Source: Candidatus Aminicenantales bacterium
GTDB lineage: Bacteria; Acidobacteriota; Aminicenantia; Aminicenantales; Saccharicenantaceae
Assembly (NCBI GenBank): GCA_049512315.1
Contig: JBEKXF010000002.1
Span: 132,706 to 196,705 of the forward strand
Direction of reading: 5' to 3'
Length of the DNA stretch: 64,000 nucleotides
Shown: in pieces, positions 35,934-45,055 of the stretch
How the letters are laid out: each line of letters opens with the position of its first letter
Position numbering within the stretch: position 1 is the stretch's first letter
Position numbers and translations under genes: made by a program
The notes under the pieces: model-generated
Databases searched by the model: none
The model's input: only the letters and a program-made list of their open reading frames with translations
Told to the model about the DNA's origin: nothing

Positions 35934-37229
35934 ATGCCGATCTTCAAGCTTCGGAAGAAAAAGCGCGTCTGTGTCATCGGCCTCGACGGCGTTCCGCACG
36001 GCATGATCCTCGACTTGGCCGAGAAGGGCGTCATGCCGGCCATGGCCCGGCTGGTCGACGCGGGGCATCTCCACAAAATGAAGGCCAGCCTGCCCGAGAT
36101 CTCGGCGGTCTCCTGGACCGATTTCATGACGGGCCGGGACTCCGGGACCCACGGCATCTTCGGGTTCACGGATTTCAAGCCGGATTCCTACGGGGTCCGT
36201 TACCCCAACTTCCAGGACCTGCGGACCCCGACCATCTGGGACACGCTCGGAGACAAGGGGAAAAAAAGCATCGTCATCAATCAGCCCTCCACGTACCCGG
36301 CGCGGCCCATCAACGGCGTCCTCATCTCCGGCTTCGTGGCCATCGAGCTGGCCAAGGCCGTCTACCCTCCCTCCATCCGGGCCGCTCTCGAGAGGATGGG
36401 TTACGAGGTCGACATCGACATCCTGAGATCGCGCGAGGACCCCGAGGTTCTCATGAGGGAGCTGGCGAGGACCCTGGCCGGCCAGGAGAAGGCCCTGGAT
36501 CTCTTCTGGGGAGAGCCCTGGGACCTCTTCGAGTTCGTCATCACCGGCACCGACAGACTTCACCACTTTCTCTGGACGGCCTACGAAGACAAATCGCATC
36601 CCTTCCACGGGCGCTTCCTGGATTATTATCGCGAGGCCGACAGGCTGATCGGAAAGATCGTCGCATCATTCCGTAAGGCCACGGGGAGCGAGGCCGGCCT
36701 GTTCCTTCTCTCCGACCACGGTTTCACGGGCATCGTTCAGGAGGTTTGCCTCAATGCCTGGCTCGAGCAGAACGGCTACCTGGCGTTCAAGGGGCCCGGA
36801 CCGAAAGGGCTGGAGGACATCACGGCCCCGAGCCGGGCCTTCGCCCTGGACCCCAACCGGATCTACCTGAACCTCAAGGGAAAGTTTCCGGCGGGCAACG
36901 TCGACCCCGGCGAAAGGGAGTCCTTCCGCGCGGAGATCGCCCGCAAGCTCGAAAAGCTCGAGTTCGAAGGCCGGAGGGTCGTCCGGAAAGTCTTTTTGTC
37001 CGAGGAGATCTATTCCGGCCCGCAGGCCGAGAAGGGGCCCGACCTCGTCGTCCTCGGCGAGCCGGGGTACGACATGAAGGGGTCGGTCAAGAAGAAGGAA
37101 GTTTTCAGCCGTTCTGACCTCCAGGGCATGCACACCTGGGACGACGCGTTTTTCTGGGCGGCCGCAGACCATGGCCCGGACCTGGCCATCAAAGATATCG
37201 CCAAGACGATCCTCGGAAGCTACGCATGA
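35934..37229 (+). CDS. Alkaline-phosphatase-superfamily type I phosphodiesterase / nucleotide pyrophosphatase family protein (cytoplasmic paralog)
   Basis: Motifs VCVIGLDGVP, …EISAVSWTDFMTG…, …LLSDHGF…; no signal peptide. Its stop overlaps the next start (ATGA). Confidence 0.8.
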   Translation: MPIFKLRKKKRVCVIGLDGVPHGMILDLAEKGVMPAMARLVDAGHLHKMKASLPEISAVSWTDFMTGRDSGTHGIFGFTDFKPDSYGVRYPNFQDLRTPTIWDTLGDKGKKSIVINQPSTYPARPINGVLISGFVAIELAKAVYPPSIRAALERMGYEVDIDILRSREDPEVLMRELARTLAGQEKALDLFWGEPWDLFEFVITGTDRLHHFLWTAYEDKSHPFHGRFLDYYREADRLIGKIVASFRKATGSEAGLFLLSDHGFTGIVQEVCLNAWLEQNGYLAFKGPGPKGLEDITAPSRAFALDPNRIYLNLKGKFPAGNVDPGERESFRAEIARKLEKLEFEGRRVVRKVFLSEEIYSGPQAEKGPDLVVLGEPGYDMKGSVKKKEVFSRSDLQGMHTWDDAFFWAAADHGPDLAIKDIAKTILGSYA

Positions 37230-39376
37230 GAAACGGGCGGCGAACGGCGGGACCCCTCATCGGCCTCATCGCCGTCTTCGCCCTCTCCCTTTCGGCCCCG
37301 CTCGAAGCTTACGTCGGGCCCGGCGCGGGTTTCGCTTTCCTCTCCTCTTTCTTCGTCCTCTTCCTGACTTTTTTCATGGCCGTGTTTTCGTTCCTGGCCT
37401 GGCCCTTCCGCTTCCTGTGGCGCGTCGTGCGCGGTCAGAGGGCTTATAAAGACAGCAAGATCAACAGGATGGTCATCCTCGGGCTGGACGGCATGGAGCC
37501 CACCCTGGCTGAAAAATTCATGGCCGAAGGGAAGCTCCCGAACCTGGCCCGGCTCAAGAAGGACGGGACCTACGCCCGGCTGAGGACGACGACGCCGGCC
37601 ATCTCGCCCGTGGCCTGGTCGTCGTTCATGACCGGGTCCGAGCCCTCCAAGCACAACATCTTCGACTTCCTGAGCCGCGACCCTCGGACCTACCTGCCCG
37701 ACCTTTCTTCGGCCCGGGTCGGCAAGCCCCGGCGCGTTCTCTCCCTCGGGAAATACAACATCCCGCTCGCCAAGCCCGAGATCCGCGGGCTCAGGAAAAG
37801 CGTCCCGTTCTGGAAGATCCTGGGCGACAAGGGCATTTTCAGCACCGTTCTCAGGGTCCCGATCACCTTCCCGCCGGAAAAGTTCAGGGGCCACCTTCTC
37901 TCCGGGATGTGCACTCCCGATATGAAGGGCAGCCAGGGGACGTTCTCGTTCTACACCACGGACGGGGAAAAGGTCCGGAAACACGAGGGCGGGGTCGCGA
38001 TCCCCGTCGAGATCGAGGGGAACAGGATCCGGACGCATCTTTCCGGTCCGGAAAACACGATGCTCAAGACTCCCACGGAGATCCGTCTGCCGCTGACCCT
38101 GACTCTCGACAGGGCCAAAGGCGGGGCCTGGATCGAAGTCGCCGGCGAAGAAAAATTCTTTCTCAAGGAAAAAACGTTCAGCCCCTGGGTCCCGGCCGTC
38201 TTCCGGCCCGGATTGGGGATCAAGGTCCGGTCCATCTGCCGGTTCTTCATCTCCGGGCTCGAGCCGCACTTCGAGATGTACGTGACGCCCCTCAACATCG
38301 ACCCCGAGAAGCCGGCCCTGCCGATCTCGCATCCCTTCATCTACTCGATTTATCTGGCCAGGCTCCTGGGACGCTTCATCACCCTGGGCGAGGCCAACGA
38401 CACCTGGGCCCTGAACGAGGGAATCCTCGGCGAGCAGCCCTTCCTCGACCTCACCTACTCCAACCACGCCGAGTGGGAAGCCATGCTCTCGAACGCCCTC
38501 GAAAAGACGCCCCGTGGGCTCGTGACCATCGTCTTCGAGACGACCGACAGCATCCAGCACATGTTCTTCCGCTATCTCGACAAGAGCCACCCGGCCCTCA
38601 AGAAGCCCGGCCAGAACGGGCTCGGCGCCCGGGTCATCGAGGACCTCTATGTCAGGATGGACGACCTCGTCGGGCGCGTCCGGAAATCCCTGGACGAGCG
38701 GAGCGTGCTCGTCATCATGTCAGACCACGGCTTCAAGTCCTTCCGGCGCGGGGTCAACCTCAACTCCTGGCTCCTCAAGAACGGCTACCTGCGTCTCAAG
38801 GACGGGAAGGCGGAGAGCGGCGAGTGGTTCAGGGACGTCGATTGGGAGAAAACTAGGGCCTATGCTCTCGGGCTCGGCGGGCTCTACCTCAACGTCCGCG
38901 GGCGGGAAGCCAAAGGGACCGTCGGCCCGGGCGGAGAAGCGAAGCGCCTCAAGGCCGAGCTCCTCCAGAAGCTCAAGGGCCTGAAAGACACGGCGACGGG
39001 GGCCATCGCCATCACGAATGTTTATGACACGGACGCGGTTTATTCGGGACCCTACAAGGACAACGCCCCGGACCTCATCATCGGCTACAACGAAGGCTTC
39101 CGGGCTTCGTGGGAAGGCGTCACGGGCATCGTCAACGACACGATCTTCGACGACAACGACAAGGCCTGGAGCGGTGACCACTGCATCGACCCGGCCCTCG
39201 TCCCCGGCGTCCTCTTCTCAAACCTCAAGCTCAAGGGCCAGAATCCGTCGATCATGGACATCGCCCCGACGGCCCTCGAGCTCTTCGGGCTCCGGCCGCC
39301 GGCCCACATGGACGGCCGCAGCTTGGTCGACGCCGCGAACCCGTTCGGAACGTCCGCAGGGGAAAAACCATCATGA
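37226..39376 (+). CDS. Alkaline-phosphatase-superfamily type I phosphodiesterase family protein (membrane-anchored paralog)
   Basis: Two N-terminal hydrophobic helices, then MVILGLDGMEP, …PAISPVAWSSFMTG…, …IMSDHGF…, …WSGDHC…; 716 aa. Overlaps both neighbours by 4 nt. Confidence 0.8.
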   Translation: MRNGRRTAGPLIGLIAVFALSLSAPLEAYVGPGAGFAFLSSFFVLFLTFFMAVFSFLAWPFRFLWRVVRGQRAYKDSKINRMVILGLDGMEPTLAEKFMAEGKLPNLARLKKDGTYARLRTTTPAISPVAWSSFMTGSEPSKHNIFDFLSRDPRTYLPDLSSARVGKPRRVLSLGKYNIPLAKPEIRGLRKSVPFWKILGDKGIFSTVLRVPITFPPEKFRGHLLSGMCTPDMKGSQGTFSFYTTDGEKVRKHEGGVAIPVEIEGNRIRTHLSGPENTMLKTPTEIRLPLTLTLDRAKGGAWIEVAGEEKFFLKEKTFSPWVPAVFRPGLGIKVRSICRFFISGLEPHFEMYVTPLNIDPEKPALPISHPFIYSIYLARLLGRFITLGEANDTWALNEGILGEQPFLDLTYSNHAEWEAMLSNALEKTPRGLVTIVFETTDSIQHMFFRYLDKSHPALKKPGQNGLGARVIEDLYVRMDDLVGRVRKSLDERSVLVIMSDHGFKSFRRGVNLNSWLLKNGYLRLKDGKAESGEWFRDVDWEKTRAYALGLGGLYLNVRGREAKGTVGPGGEAKRLKAELLQKLKGLKDTATGAIAITNVYDTDAVYSGPYKDNAPDLIIGYNEGFRASWEGVTGIVNDTIFDDNDKAWSGDHCIDPALVPGVLFSNLKLKGQNPSIMDIAPTALELFGLRPPAHMDGRSLVDAANPFGTSAGEKPS

Positions 39377-41394
39377 GCCGTCAAAGAAAACCGTCCACGC
39401 TGAGCCGCAGGGAATTCATGAAAGTGGGCGCGGCGGCCTCCGCCGCCCTGACGATCGGCGGCGGCAAAAACATCGTTCCCAAGATCTTCGGAAAAGCCCG
39501 GGCGACGAAAAAGGTCATCGTCATCGGGATGGACGGCCTGGATCACGGCCTGGTCAAGGGCTGGATAGAGGCCGGGAAGCTGCCGACCTTCGATAAGGTG
39601 CTCCGCGGGGGCGGCGATCTCCGGCCGCTCCGGTCGAGCATCCCGCCCCAGACCCCCGTGGCCTGGTCGAATTTCATCACCGGCACGGACCCGGGCGGCC
39701 ACGGCATTTTCGATTTCATCCGGCGCGACCCCCACAACCTCGACCCTTCGCACTTTCTCAATTTTTCCGCGACGGAAACCTCTTCCGCCAAGCACACGCT
39801 CCGGATCGGTCAGACCATCTTTCCCCTTTCGGGGGGCGAAGTCAGGAACCTTCGCCACGGAAAGGCCTTCTGGCAGGACCTTGAGGAGAACGGCATTCCC
39901 TCCACAGTCATCCGGATGCCTTCCAACTACCCGCCCGTCGCGACCCGCCAACGGACCCTCTCGGGCATGAACACTCCGGACCTCAAGGGAACCTACGGCA
40001 TCTTCAACTATTACACGAACGAAGCCAAGCAGATCACGGAAGAGGCGGGCGGCGGCGGCCGCGTCCACGACGTTTTTGTCGTCGGCAACCGGGTCGAGGC
40101 CAAACTGCCGGGCCCGGCGAACAGCTTCCGGGCCGGCAACCCCGAGACCGAGGTCGACTTCAAGGTGTTCGTCGACCCCGTCAACTCGGCGGCCAAGATC
40201 ATCATCCAGGACCAGCAGTTCATCCTCAAGGAAAAGGAATGGAGCGGCTGGAAGAGGGTCCGGTTCCACTTCCTGCCGACGCAGAGTGTCGGTGGGATCT
40301 GCCAATTCTATCTCAAGGAGATCCGGCCAAAGTTCAAGCTTTATATCAGCCCCATCCACATCGACCCCGCCGACCCGGCCCTGCCCATTTCCACTCCCGA
40401 CTCCTATGCCAGGGAGCTCGCCCGGCGCTTCGGCCCATTCTTCACCAAGGGCCTCCCCGCCGATACGGCCGCATTGGACAACGATGTCCTCGATGAGGCC
40501 GAATTCCTGACCCAGGACGACATGGTCCTTCGGGAGAGCATGGAACAGCTCGAGTTCGAGCTCGGGCGATTCGACGAAGGGCTCTTTTTCTATTACTTCT
40601 CGAGCACGGACCAGCGTCAGCACATGTTCTGGCGGCTCATCGATCCGGGCCACCCCGGCTACGACGCGAAGCTGGCCGGGAAATACGGCACGGCTATCGA
40701 GGAGATCTACAGCGAAATGGACAGGGTACTGGACAGGGTCCTCAGAAAGGTCGACCAGGATACCCTCCTCCTCGTCATGTCCGACCACGGCTTCAACCCC
40801 TTCCGCCGGGGCTTCAACCTCAACACTTGGCTGTATCAAAGCGGGTATCACCGCCTGATCAAGCCGTGGAAACAGGAAGAAACGCTCCTTTTCGACAACA
40901 CGGACTGGGCCAAGACTGCAGCCTTCGGGGCCGGGCTCAACGGCCTGTACATCAACGAGAAGGGCCGCGAGCGGGAAGGGATCGTCGCCGCTGGACCCGA
41001 AAAAGAGAACCTCGTCCAGGAGATCGCCCGGAAGCTCGAGGCACTGACCGACCCGAAGACGGGGGAACAGGCCATCCTCCATGCGTACGTCGCCAAGGAC
41101 GTCTACCATGGCCCCTATGTCGAGTTGGCCCCGGACATCGTCCTCGGTTTCAACCGCGGTTTCCGGATCTCCTGGCAGTCTCCCCTGGGGGGCTTCCCCA
41201 AGGACGTGTTCGCGGACAACTTCAAGAAGTGGAGCGGCGACCACATGACTTCCCCGGACGTCATCCCGGGCATCGTCGTGGCCAACCGGGCCATCCGGGC
41301 CGGGGAACCGGCGCTCTTCGACTTGACCGCGGCCATCCTCGACGTTTTCGGCATCGGGAAACCCAAGGAGATGATTGGAACGACCATTTTTTAA
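39373..41394 (+). CDS. Alkaline-phosphatase-superfamily type I phosphodiesterase family protein (TAT-exported paralog)
   Basis: Twin-arginine leader (MSRQRKPSTLSRREFMKVGAAASAALTIGGG), then VIVIGMDGLDHG, …PPQTPVAWSNFITG…, …VMSDHGF…, …WSGDHM… 673 aa. Confidence 0.8.
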   Translation: MSRQRKPSTLSRREFMKVGAAASAALTIGGGKNIVPKIFGKARATKKVIVIGMDGLDHGLVKGWIEAGKLPTFDKVLRGGGDLRPLRSSIPPQTPVAWSNFITGTDPGGHGIFDFIRRDPHNLDPSHFLNFSATETSSAKHTLRIGQTIFPLSGGEVRNLRHGKAFWQDLEENGIPSTVIRMPSNYPPVATRQRTLSGMNTPDLKGTYGIFNYYTNEAKQITEEAGGGGRVHDVFVVGNRVEAKLPGPANSFRAGNPETEVDFKVFVDPVNSAAKIIIQDQQFILKEKEWSGWKRVRFHFLPTQSVGGICQFYLKEIRPKFKLYISPIHIDPADPALPISTPDSYARELARRFGPFFTKGLPADTAALDNDVLDEAEFLTQDDMVLRESMEQLEFELGRFDEGLFFYYFSSTDQRQHMFWRLIDPGHPGYDAKLAGKYGTAIEEIYSEMDRVLDRVLRKVDQDTLLLVMSDHGFNPFRRGFNLNTWLYQSGYHRLIKPWKQEETLLFDNTDWAKTAAFGAGLNGLYINEKGREREGIVAAGPEKENLVQEIARKLEALTDPKTGEQAILHAYVAKDVYHGPYVELAPDIVLGFNRGFRISWQSPLGGFPKDVFADNFKKWSGDHMTSPDVIPGIVVANRAIRAGEPALFDLTAAILDVFGIGKPKEMIGTTIF

Positions 41395-41407
41395 AAGGAG
41401 CAACGCC

Positions 41408-41599
41408 ATGGGAAGCGCGAAGATTAAGATCGACAAGGACCTCCACGCAAAGATCAAGAAATACGCGGAGATAGCCGGCTATTCTTCGCCCGACGAATTC
41501 ATCACCCACTGCCTGGAAAAGGAGATCGCCAAGATCGAAGAGGCCGACTCGGAAGAGGAGATCAAGAAGAAGCTCAAAGGGCTGGGCTACATTTCCTGA
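41408..41599 (+). CDS. Small hypothetical protein (63 aa), possible ribbon-helix-helix-like / antitoxin-like fold
   Basis: AGGAG RBS 8 nt before ATG 41408. Sequence MGSAKIKIDKDLHAKIKKYAEIAGYSSPDEFITHCLEKEIAKIEEADSEEEIKKKLKGLGYIS. Sits between the third PDE paralog and the membrane protein with 13- and 5-nt gaps. Confidence 0.5.
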   Translation: MGSAKIKIDKDLHAKIKKYAEIAGYSSPDEFITHCLEKEIAKIEEADSEEEIKKKLKGLGYIS

Positions 41600-41604
41600 G
41601 GGCC

Positions 41605-42432
41605 ATGGGGATCGTCAATTTCGTCTTCGGCGGGATCTTCGACGTCCTGCTCTATCCCTTCCGGGGCCTGTCCCCTTGGTTCGGGATGATTTTCGTTTCC
41701 CTGGTGACCGCCTTTCTGATGCTTTGGGTCTTCAAACTGACGTCGGACCAGGAGGGCATCCGGAAGTCCAAAAACGCCATCAAGGCCCACCTCATGGAAC
41801 TTCGTCTCTTCAAGGACAACATGCGGATCTCGCTCCAGGCCCAGGGCCGGATCCTCCGGGCGAACATGCGCTACATCGCCTGCAATTCCAGACCCATGCT
41901 GATCATGTTCATTCCGCTCCTCCTCATCCTGGCGCAGCTCAACCTCTGGTTCGGCGCCGCGCCGCTCAAGCCTGGCGAAGAGACACTGGTCAAGCTCGGT
42001 CTCGCCCGGGGCACGGACCCGCTGGCCCTGGACGTGGCGATCGAGCCCTCGCCGGGACTCTCCGTCGAGTCGCCCGCCGTCCGGATCCCCGACGAACACG
42101 AGATCGCCTGGCGGATCAGGGCGACCGGACGGGGGCCGGCCAGCCTGACTTTTCGCGTGGCCGGGCGGACCCTGACAAAGCCGCTGGCCGTGGCCGGCCC
42201 GCGTCTGTCGAAGATCTCGACCCTGACGGTCGGATCGTCGCTCCTGAAGCAGGTCCTGTATCCCGGAGAGAAATCGCTTCCGGGCGACACGCCGGTGACA
42301 TCGATCGAAGTCCTTTATCCTGGAAGGAGCCTGGGCTTTTTCGGCCTATCCGTCCACTGGCTGGTGGCTTATTTCGCCCTTTCCATCATTTTCGGGTTCG
42401 CCTTCAAGGGCGTCTTCAAGGTCGAGATCTAA
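41605..42432 (+). CDS. Hypothetical integral membrane protein
   Basis: 275 aa with hydrophobic helices at the N-terminus (FVFGGIFDVLLYPF…MIFVSLVTAFLMLWVF), the middle, and the C-terminus (LSVHWLVAYFALSIIFGFAF). Confidence 0.6.
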   Translation: MGIVNFVFGGIFDVLLYPFRGLSPWFGMIFVSLVTAFLMLWVFKLTSDQEGIRKSKNAIKAHLMELRLFKDNMRISLQAQGRILRANMRYIACNSRPMLIMFIPLLLILAQLNLWFGAAPLKPGEETLVKLGLARGTDPLALDVAIEPSPGLSVESPAVRIPDEHEIAWRIRATGRGPASLTFRVAGRTLTKPLAVAGPRLSKISTLTVGSSLLKQVLYPGEKSLPGDTPVTSIEVLYPGRSLGFFGLSVHWLVAYFALSIIFGFAFKGVFKVEI

Positions 42433-42497
42433 GGGGGAAGCCGCCCGGGGAAAGGGTCCGCAAGTTCGGGGTCTTCAGGAGCGTATCGAAGAAATAC

Positions 42498-42552
42498 TTA
42501 AAAAAATCCGCCAATCGTGGTAAAATCTCTAATCCATTCCCTTATGGGAATG
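42498..42552 (+). promoter_or_regulatory. Putative promoter plus 5'UTR inverted repeat upstream of skp
   Basis: TTAAAA (42498-503), 17-nt spacer, TAAAAT (42521-26); then a perfect inverted repeat CATTCCC-ttat-GGGAATG (42535-42552) before the RBS AGGAGG. Confidence 0.35.
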
Positions 42553-42586
42553 AGAGTGACATCTGCAGAACCCATAGGAGGTTGTT

Positions 42587-43135
42587 ATGAGAAAAGGCAG
42601 AATCCTCATCCCCCTGATCATCGGCTTCATCCTGGTGGCTGCCGTGGCCTCGTTCGCCCAGCAGACGCTCAAGATCGGGATCATCAACTCCGCCCGGGCT
42701 TTCGAGCAATCCACCGAAGGCAAGAAGGCCGTGGCCCAGTTCCAGGAGAGAGACGCGAAAATCAAGGGCGACATCCAGAAGCTCGATGACTCCCTCCGAG
42801 CCCTGGAGAACAGGCTGAACACGGGCCGGCTGACCATGACCCAGGAAGCCCTCCTCGCGACCCAGGCCGATATCGACAAGAAGACGACCGAGCGGAAGCG
42901 CTACGAAGAGGACGCCACCCGCGATTTCCAGCAGTTCCAGGCCAACATCGTCCAGCGCATCCGGCTCGAGATGGTCACGATCATCCAGCAGTTGCGCAAG
43001 GAAAAAGGCTATGACCTCGTCCTCGACCTGCAGGGCAGCGGCGTCGTCGATTTCGAGCCCAGCATCGACATCACCGACGAGGTCGTCCGCCGCTACGACG
43101 CGACCAAGGTCGGCGCTCCCCCCGTCAAGAAGTAA
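42587..43135 (+). CDS. skp: OmpH/Skp family periplasmic chaperone
   Basis: Signal peptide, then coiled-coil Lys/Glu/Gln-rich sequence typical of Skp (…GIINSARAFEQSTEGKKAVAQFQERDAKIKGDIQKLDD…). 182 aa. Confidence 0.8.
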   Translation: MRKGRILIPLIIGFILVAAVASFAQQTLKIGIINSARAFEQSTEGKKAVAQFQERDAKIKGDIQKLDDSLRALENRLNTGRLTMTQEALLATQADIDKKTTERKRYEEDATRDFQQFQANIVQRIRLEMVTIIQQLRKEKGYDLVLDLQGSGVVDFEPSIDITDEVVRRYDATKVGAPPVKK

Positions 43136-43150
43136 AGTCACTTTTTGAGA

Positions 43151-43222
43151 GCCTCTCTTAAGAGGCCCGCTGAGACGAACCTCGTGGAGAAGGGCGTTAC
43201 CCGCTCTCCACGGGGTTTTTTA
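43151..43222 (+). terminator. Rho-independent terminator (tandem hairpins)
   Basis: GCCTCT-ctta-AGAGGC hairpin, then GTGGAGA…TCTCCAC hairpin followed by GGGGTTTTTTATT. Confidence 0.65.
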
Positions 43223-43278
43223 TTCCCGACGATATGCCCTCATGGTCGGAACGGCCGTCCTTTCTAGGGCCGGCGCCA

Positions 43279-44436
43279 TCACGACCTTGAGGTTTTGAAG
43301 GTCAGCCGGATGCGGACGATCTCGGGGACGCTCCCCGTCCTTACCGGCGGACCCCATGTCCCGACGCCGCAGGAGACATAATAATGGGTCTTTCCCTTCA
43401 CCAGGGATCCCCAGTTCTGCTCATAGATGAGCCGGTTGATGAGATTGAGCGGGAAAAGCTGCCCGGCGTGGGTATGTCCTGAAAGCTGGAGGTCGATCCC
43501 CGCCCGCTCGGCCTGTTCGAGGTGGATGGGCTGGTGGTCGAGGAGGATGAGGGGCCGGCTCGGGTCGACGCCACCGGCCGTCATGATCTCCTCGATCGGC
43601 CTCCGGGCCTCACCGCGACGCAGGGCCGTCGGGTCCTTGCGCCCGATGACATAAAAAGACCCGTCCACCTTGACCGCTTCATCCTCGAGGACCCTCACGC
43701 CCCATTTTCGGAGGTAGGCGAGGTTCCGCTCCAGACCGCCGTAATATTCGTGGTTCCCGGGAACGGAAAAAACCCCCAGGGGCGCAGTGATCCTTTGGAA
43801 GACCGCCGTCATCTCCTCCTCTTCCCGCGACGTGACGCTCTCGTCAACGATGTCTCCCGGCAGAAGGACGATGTCCGGGGCGAGGGCGTTGATCCGGTCG
43901 GCGAGCATCCTCAGCCGCGAACTGCCCGCGATCGTCCCGAGGTGGACGTCCGAGGCCACGACGATGGAGAGACTCGTCCGGCCTCCGGCGGACTTATCGA
44001 TGGGGATCACGAGCTCCTTCAGCCGGGGCCGGGCGGCGTTGACGGCTCCGCCGGCGATGACGAGGAGCGAAACCCCCGCGACGAAAACGAAGGCCGCGAG
44101 CCCCGTCTGGTGCGGCCGGGCCGAGAAAGACTTCGGGAAGATCGGGAGGATGCCGTTGGCCAGCCGAAAAAGATCGATCAGGACGACACCCAAAAAAAGA
44201 TAGAGCATCAGGGCCAGGTGGAACGACCCGATCTTGACAAATATCCCGGACAGGGAATTCCGGCCGAAGCCCATGGCGATCCTCGCAGCCGGATAGGCGA
44301 TAACGGAGGCCAGGAAAACCGCGAGAAACACCCACCGGGAACGAGGATACCCGGCCAGAGCCTGGTAGCCGCGCCGGATGATGTAAAAATTGACCAGGCC
44401 GTAGATGGACAGGGCGACCACTAGAAAAATTGGCAT
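43279..44436 (-). CDS. Membrane-anchored metallophosphoesterase (calcineurin-like, YkuE-like)
   Basis: About 5 N-terminal TM helices, then MPE motifs (…IVVASDVHLG…, …LLPGDIVDE…, …VPGNHEYY…, …LSGHTHAGQ). The start is probably ATG 44436 (MPIFLVV…). Confidence 0.8.
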   Translation of the reverse strand: MPIFLVVALSIYGLVNFYIIRRGYQALAGYPRSRWVFLAVFLASVIAYPAARIAMGFGRNSLSGIFVKIGSFHLALMLYLFLGVVLIDLFRLANGILPIFPKSFSARPHQTGLAAFVFVAGVSLLVIAGGAVNAARPRLKELVIPIDKSAGGRTSLSIVVASDVHLGTIAGSSRLRMLADRINALAPDIVLLPGDIVDESVTSREEEEMTAVFQRITAPLGVFSVPGNHEYYGGLERNLAYLRKWGVRVLEDEAVKVDGSFYVIGRKDPTALRRGEARRPIEEIMTAGGVDPSRPLILLDHQPIHLEQAERAGIDLQLSGHTHAGQLFPLNLINRLIYEQNWGSLVKGKTHYYVSCGVGTWGPPVRTGSVPEIVRIRLTFKTSRS

Positions 44437-44447
44437 CCCCGGGCTCC

Positions 44448-45044
44448 TCACTTTTCCGTCGCCGGCTCGCTCCCGCATTCTCTATCCTCTCCGCTTTTTC
44501 CGATGCTGTTCCACCAGGCCACCTCGTCGAGGGCCTTCCTCGCGGTCTCCCGCGGCGGCCTCGAGGCGGCGTAGCCGACGGGCAACAGGGCGACGATTTT
44601 GTAGCTCCGCGGGACCTTGAGAGCCTTACGGACCCGCCGGCCGTTGAACCAGCCGATCCAGCAGGTCCCCAAGCCAAGCTCTTCGGCCTGAAGGATGAAA
44701 TGCTCGCCGGAGATGCCGATGTCGATGAGGTGGAATTGGACGCCCTGGATCTGGCGTCCGAGCCAGTGGGTCACGAGGCTGGGCCGGGCCAGGATGACGA
44801 CCAGGACCGGGGCCTGGGCCGCGAACCGGCACATCGAATAGACCCCCAAAAAGGCCTCGCGGCAGAGGCCTTCTTTAAGGCCGGGATCGTCGACGACGAT
44901 GAACCTCCAGGGCTGGGCGTTCTGCGCCGATGGAGCCAGACGCGCGGCTTCGAGACAGGCCATGATCTTCTCCCGTTCGACGGGCCGGGGAAGAAAACGC
45001 CGGATGCTTCTCCGGCTCCGGACGAGATCGATGAAAGTCGGCAT
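44448..45044 (-). CDS. Nitroreductase family protein (FMN-dependent)
   Basis: GGAGGA RBS. Motifs …RRSIRRFLPRPV… and …APSAQNAQPWRFIVV… typical of the NfsB/NfnB-like fold. 198 aa. Confidence 0.85.
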   Translation of the reverse strand: MPTFIDLVRSRRSIRRFLPRPVEREKIMACLEAARLAPSAQNAQPWRFIVVDDPGLKEGLCREAFLGVYSMCRFAAQAPVLVVILARPSLVTHWLGRQIQGVQFHLIDIGISGEHFILQAEELGLGTCWIGWFNGRRVRKALKVPRSYKIVALLPVGYAASRPPRETARKALDEVAWWNSIGKSGEDRECGSEPATEK

Positions 45045-45055
45045 GCGTTCCTCCC

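Noticed and set aside
39085-41457. 790-aa minus-strand ORF antisense to the third phosphodiesterase paralog
   Set aside because: Low-complexity; sense strand carries TAT leader and conserved family motifs.
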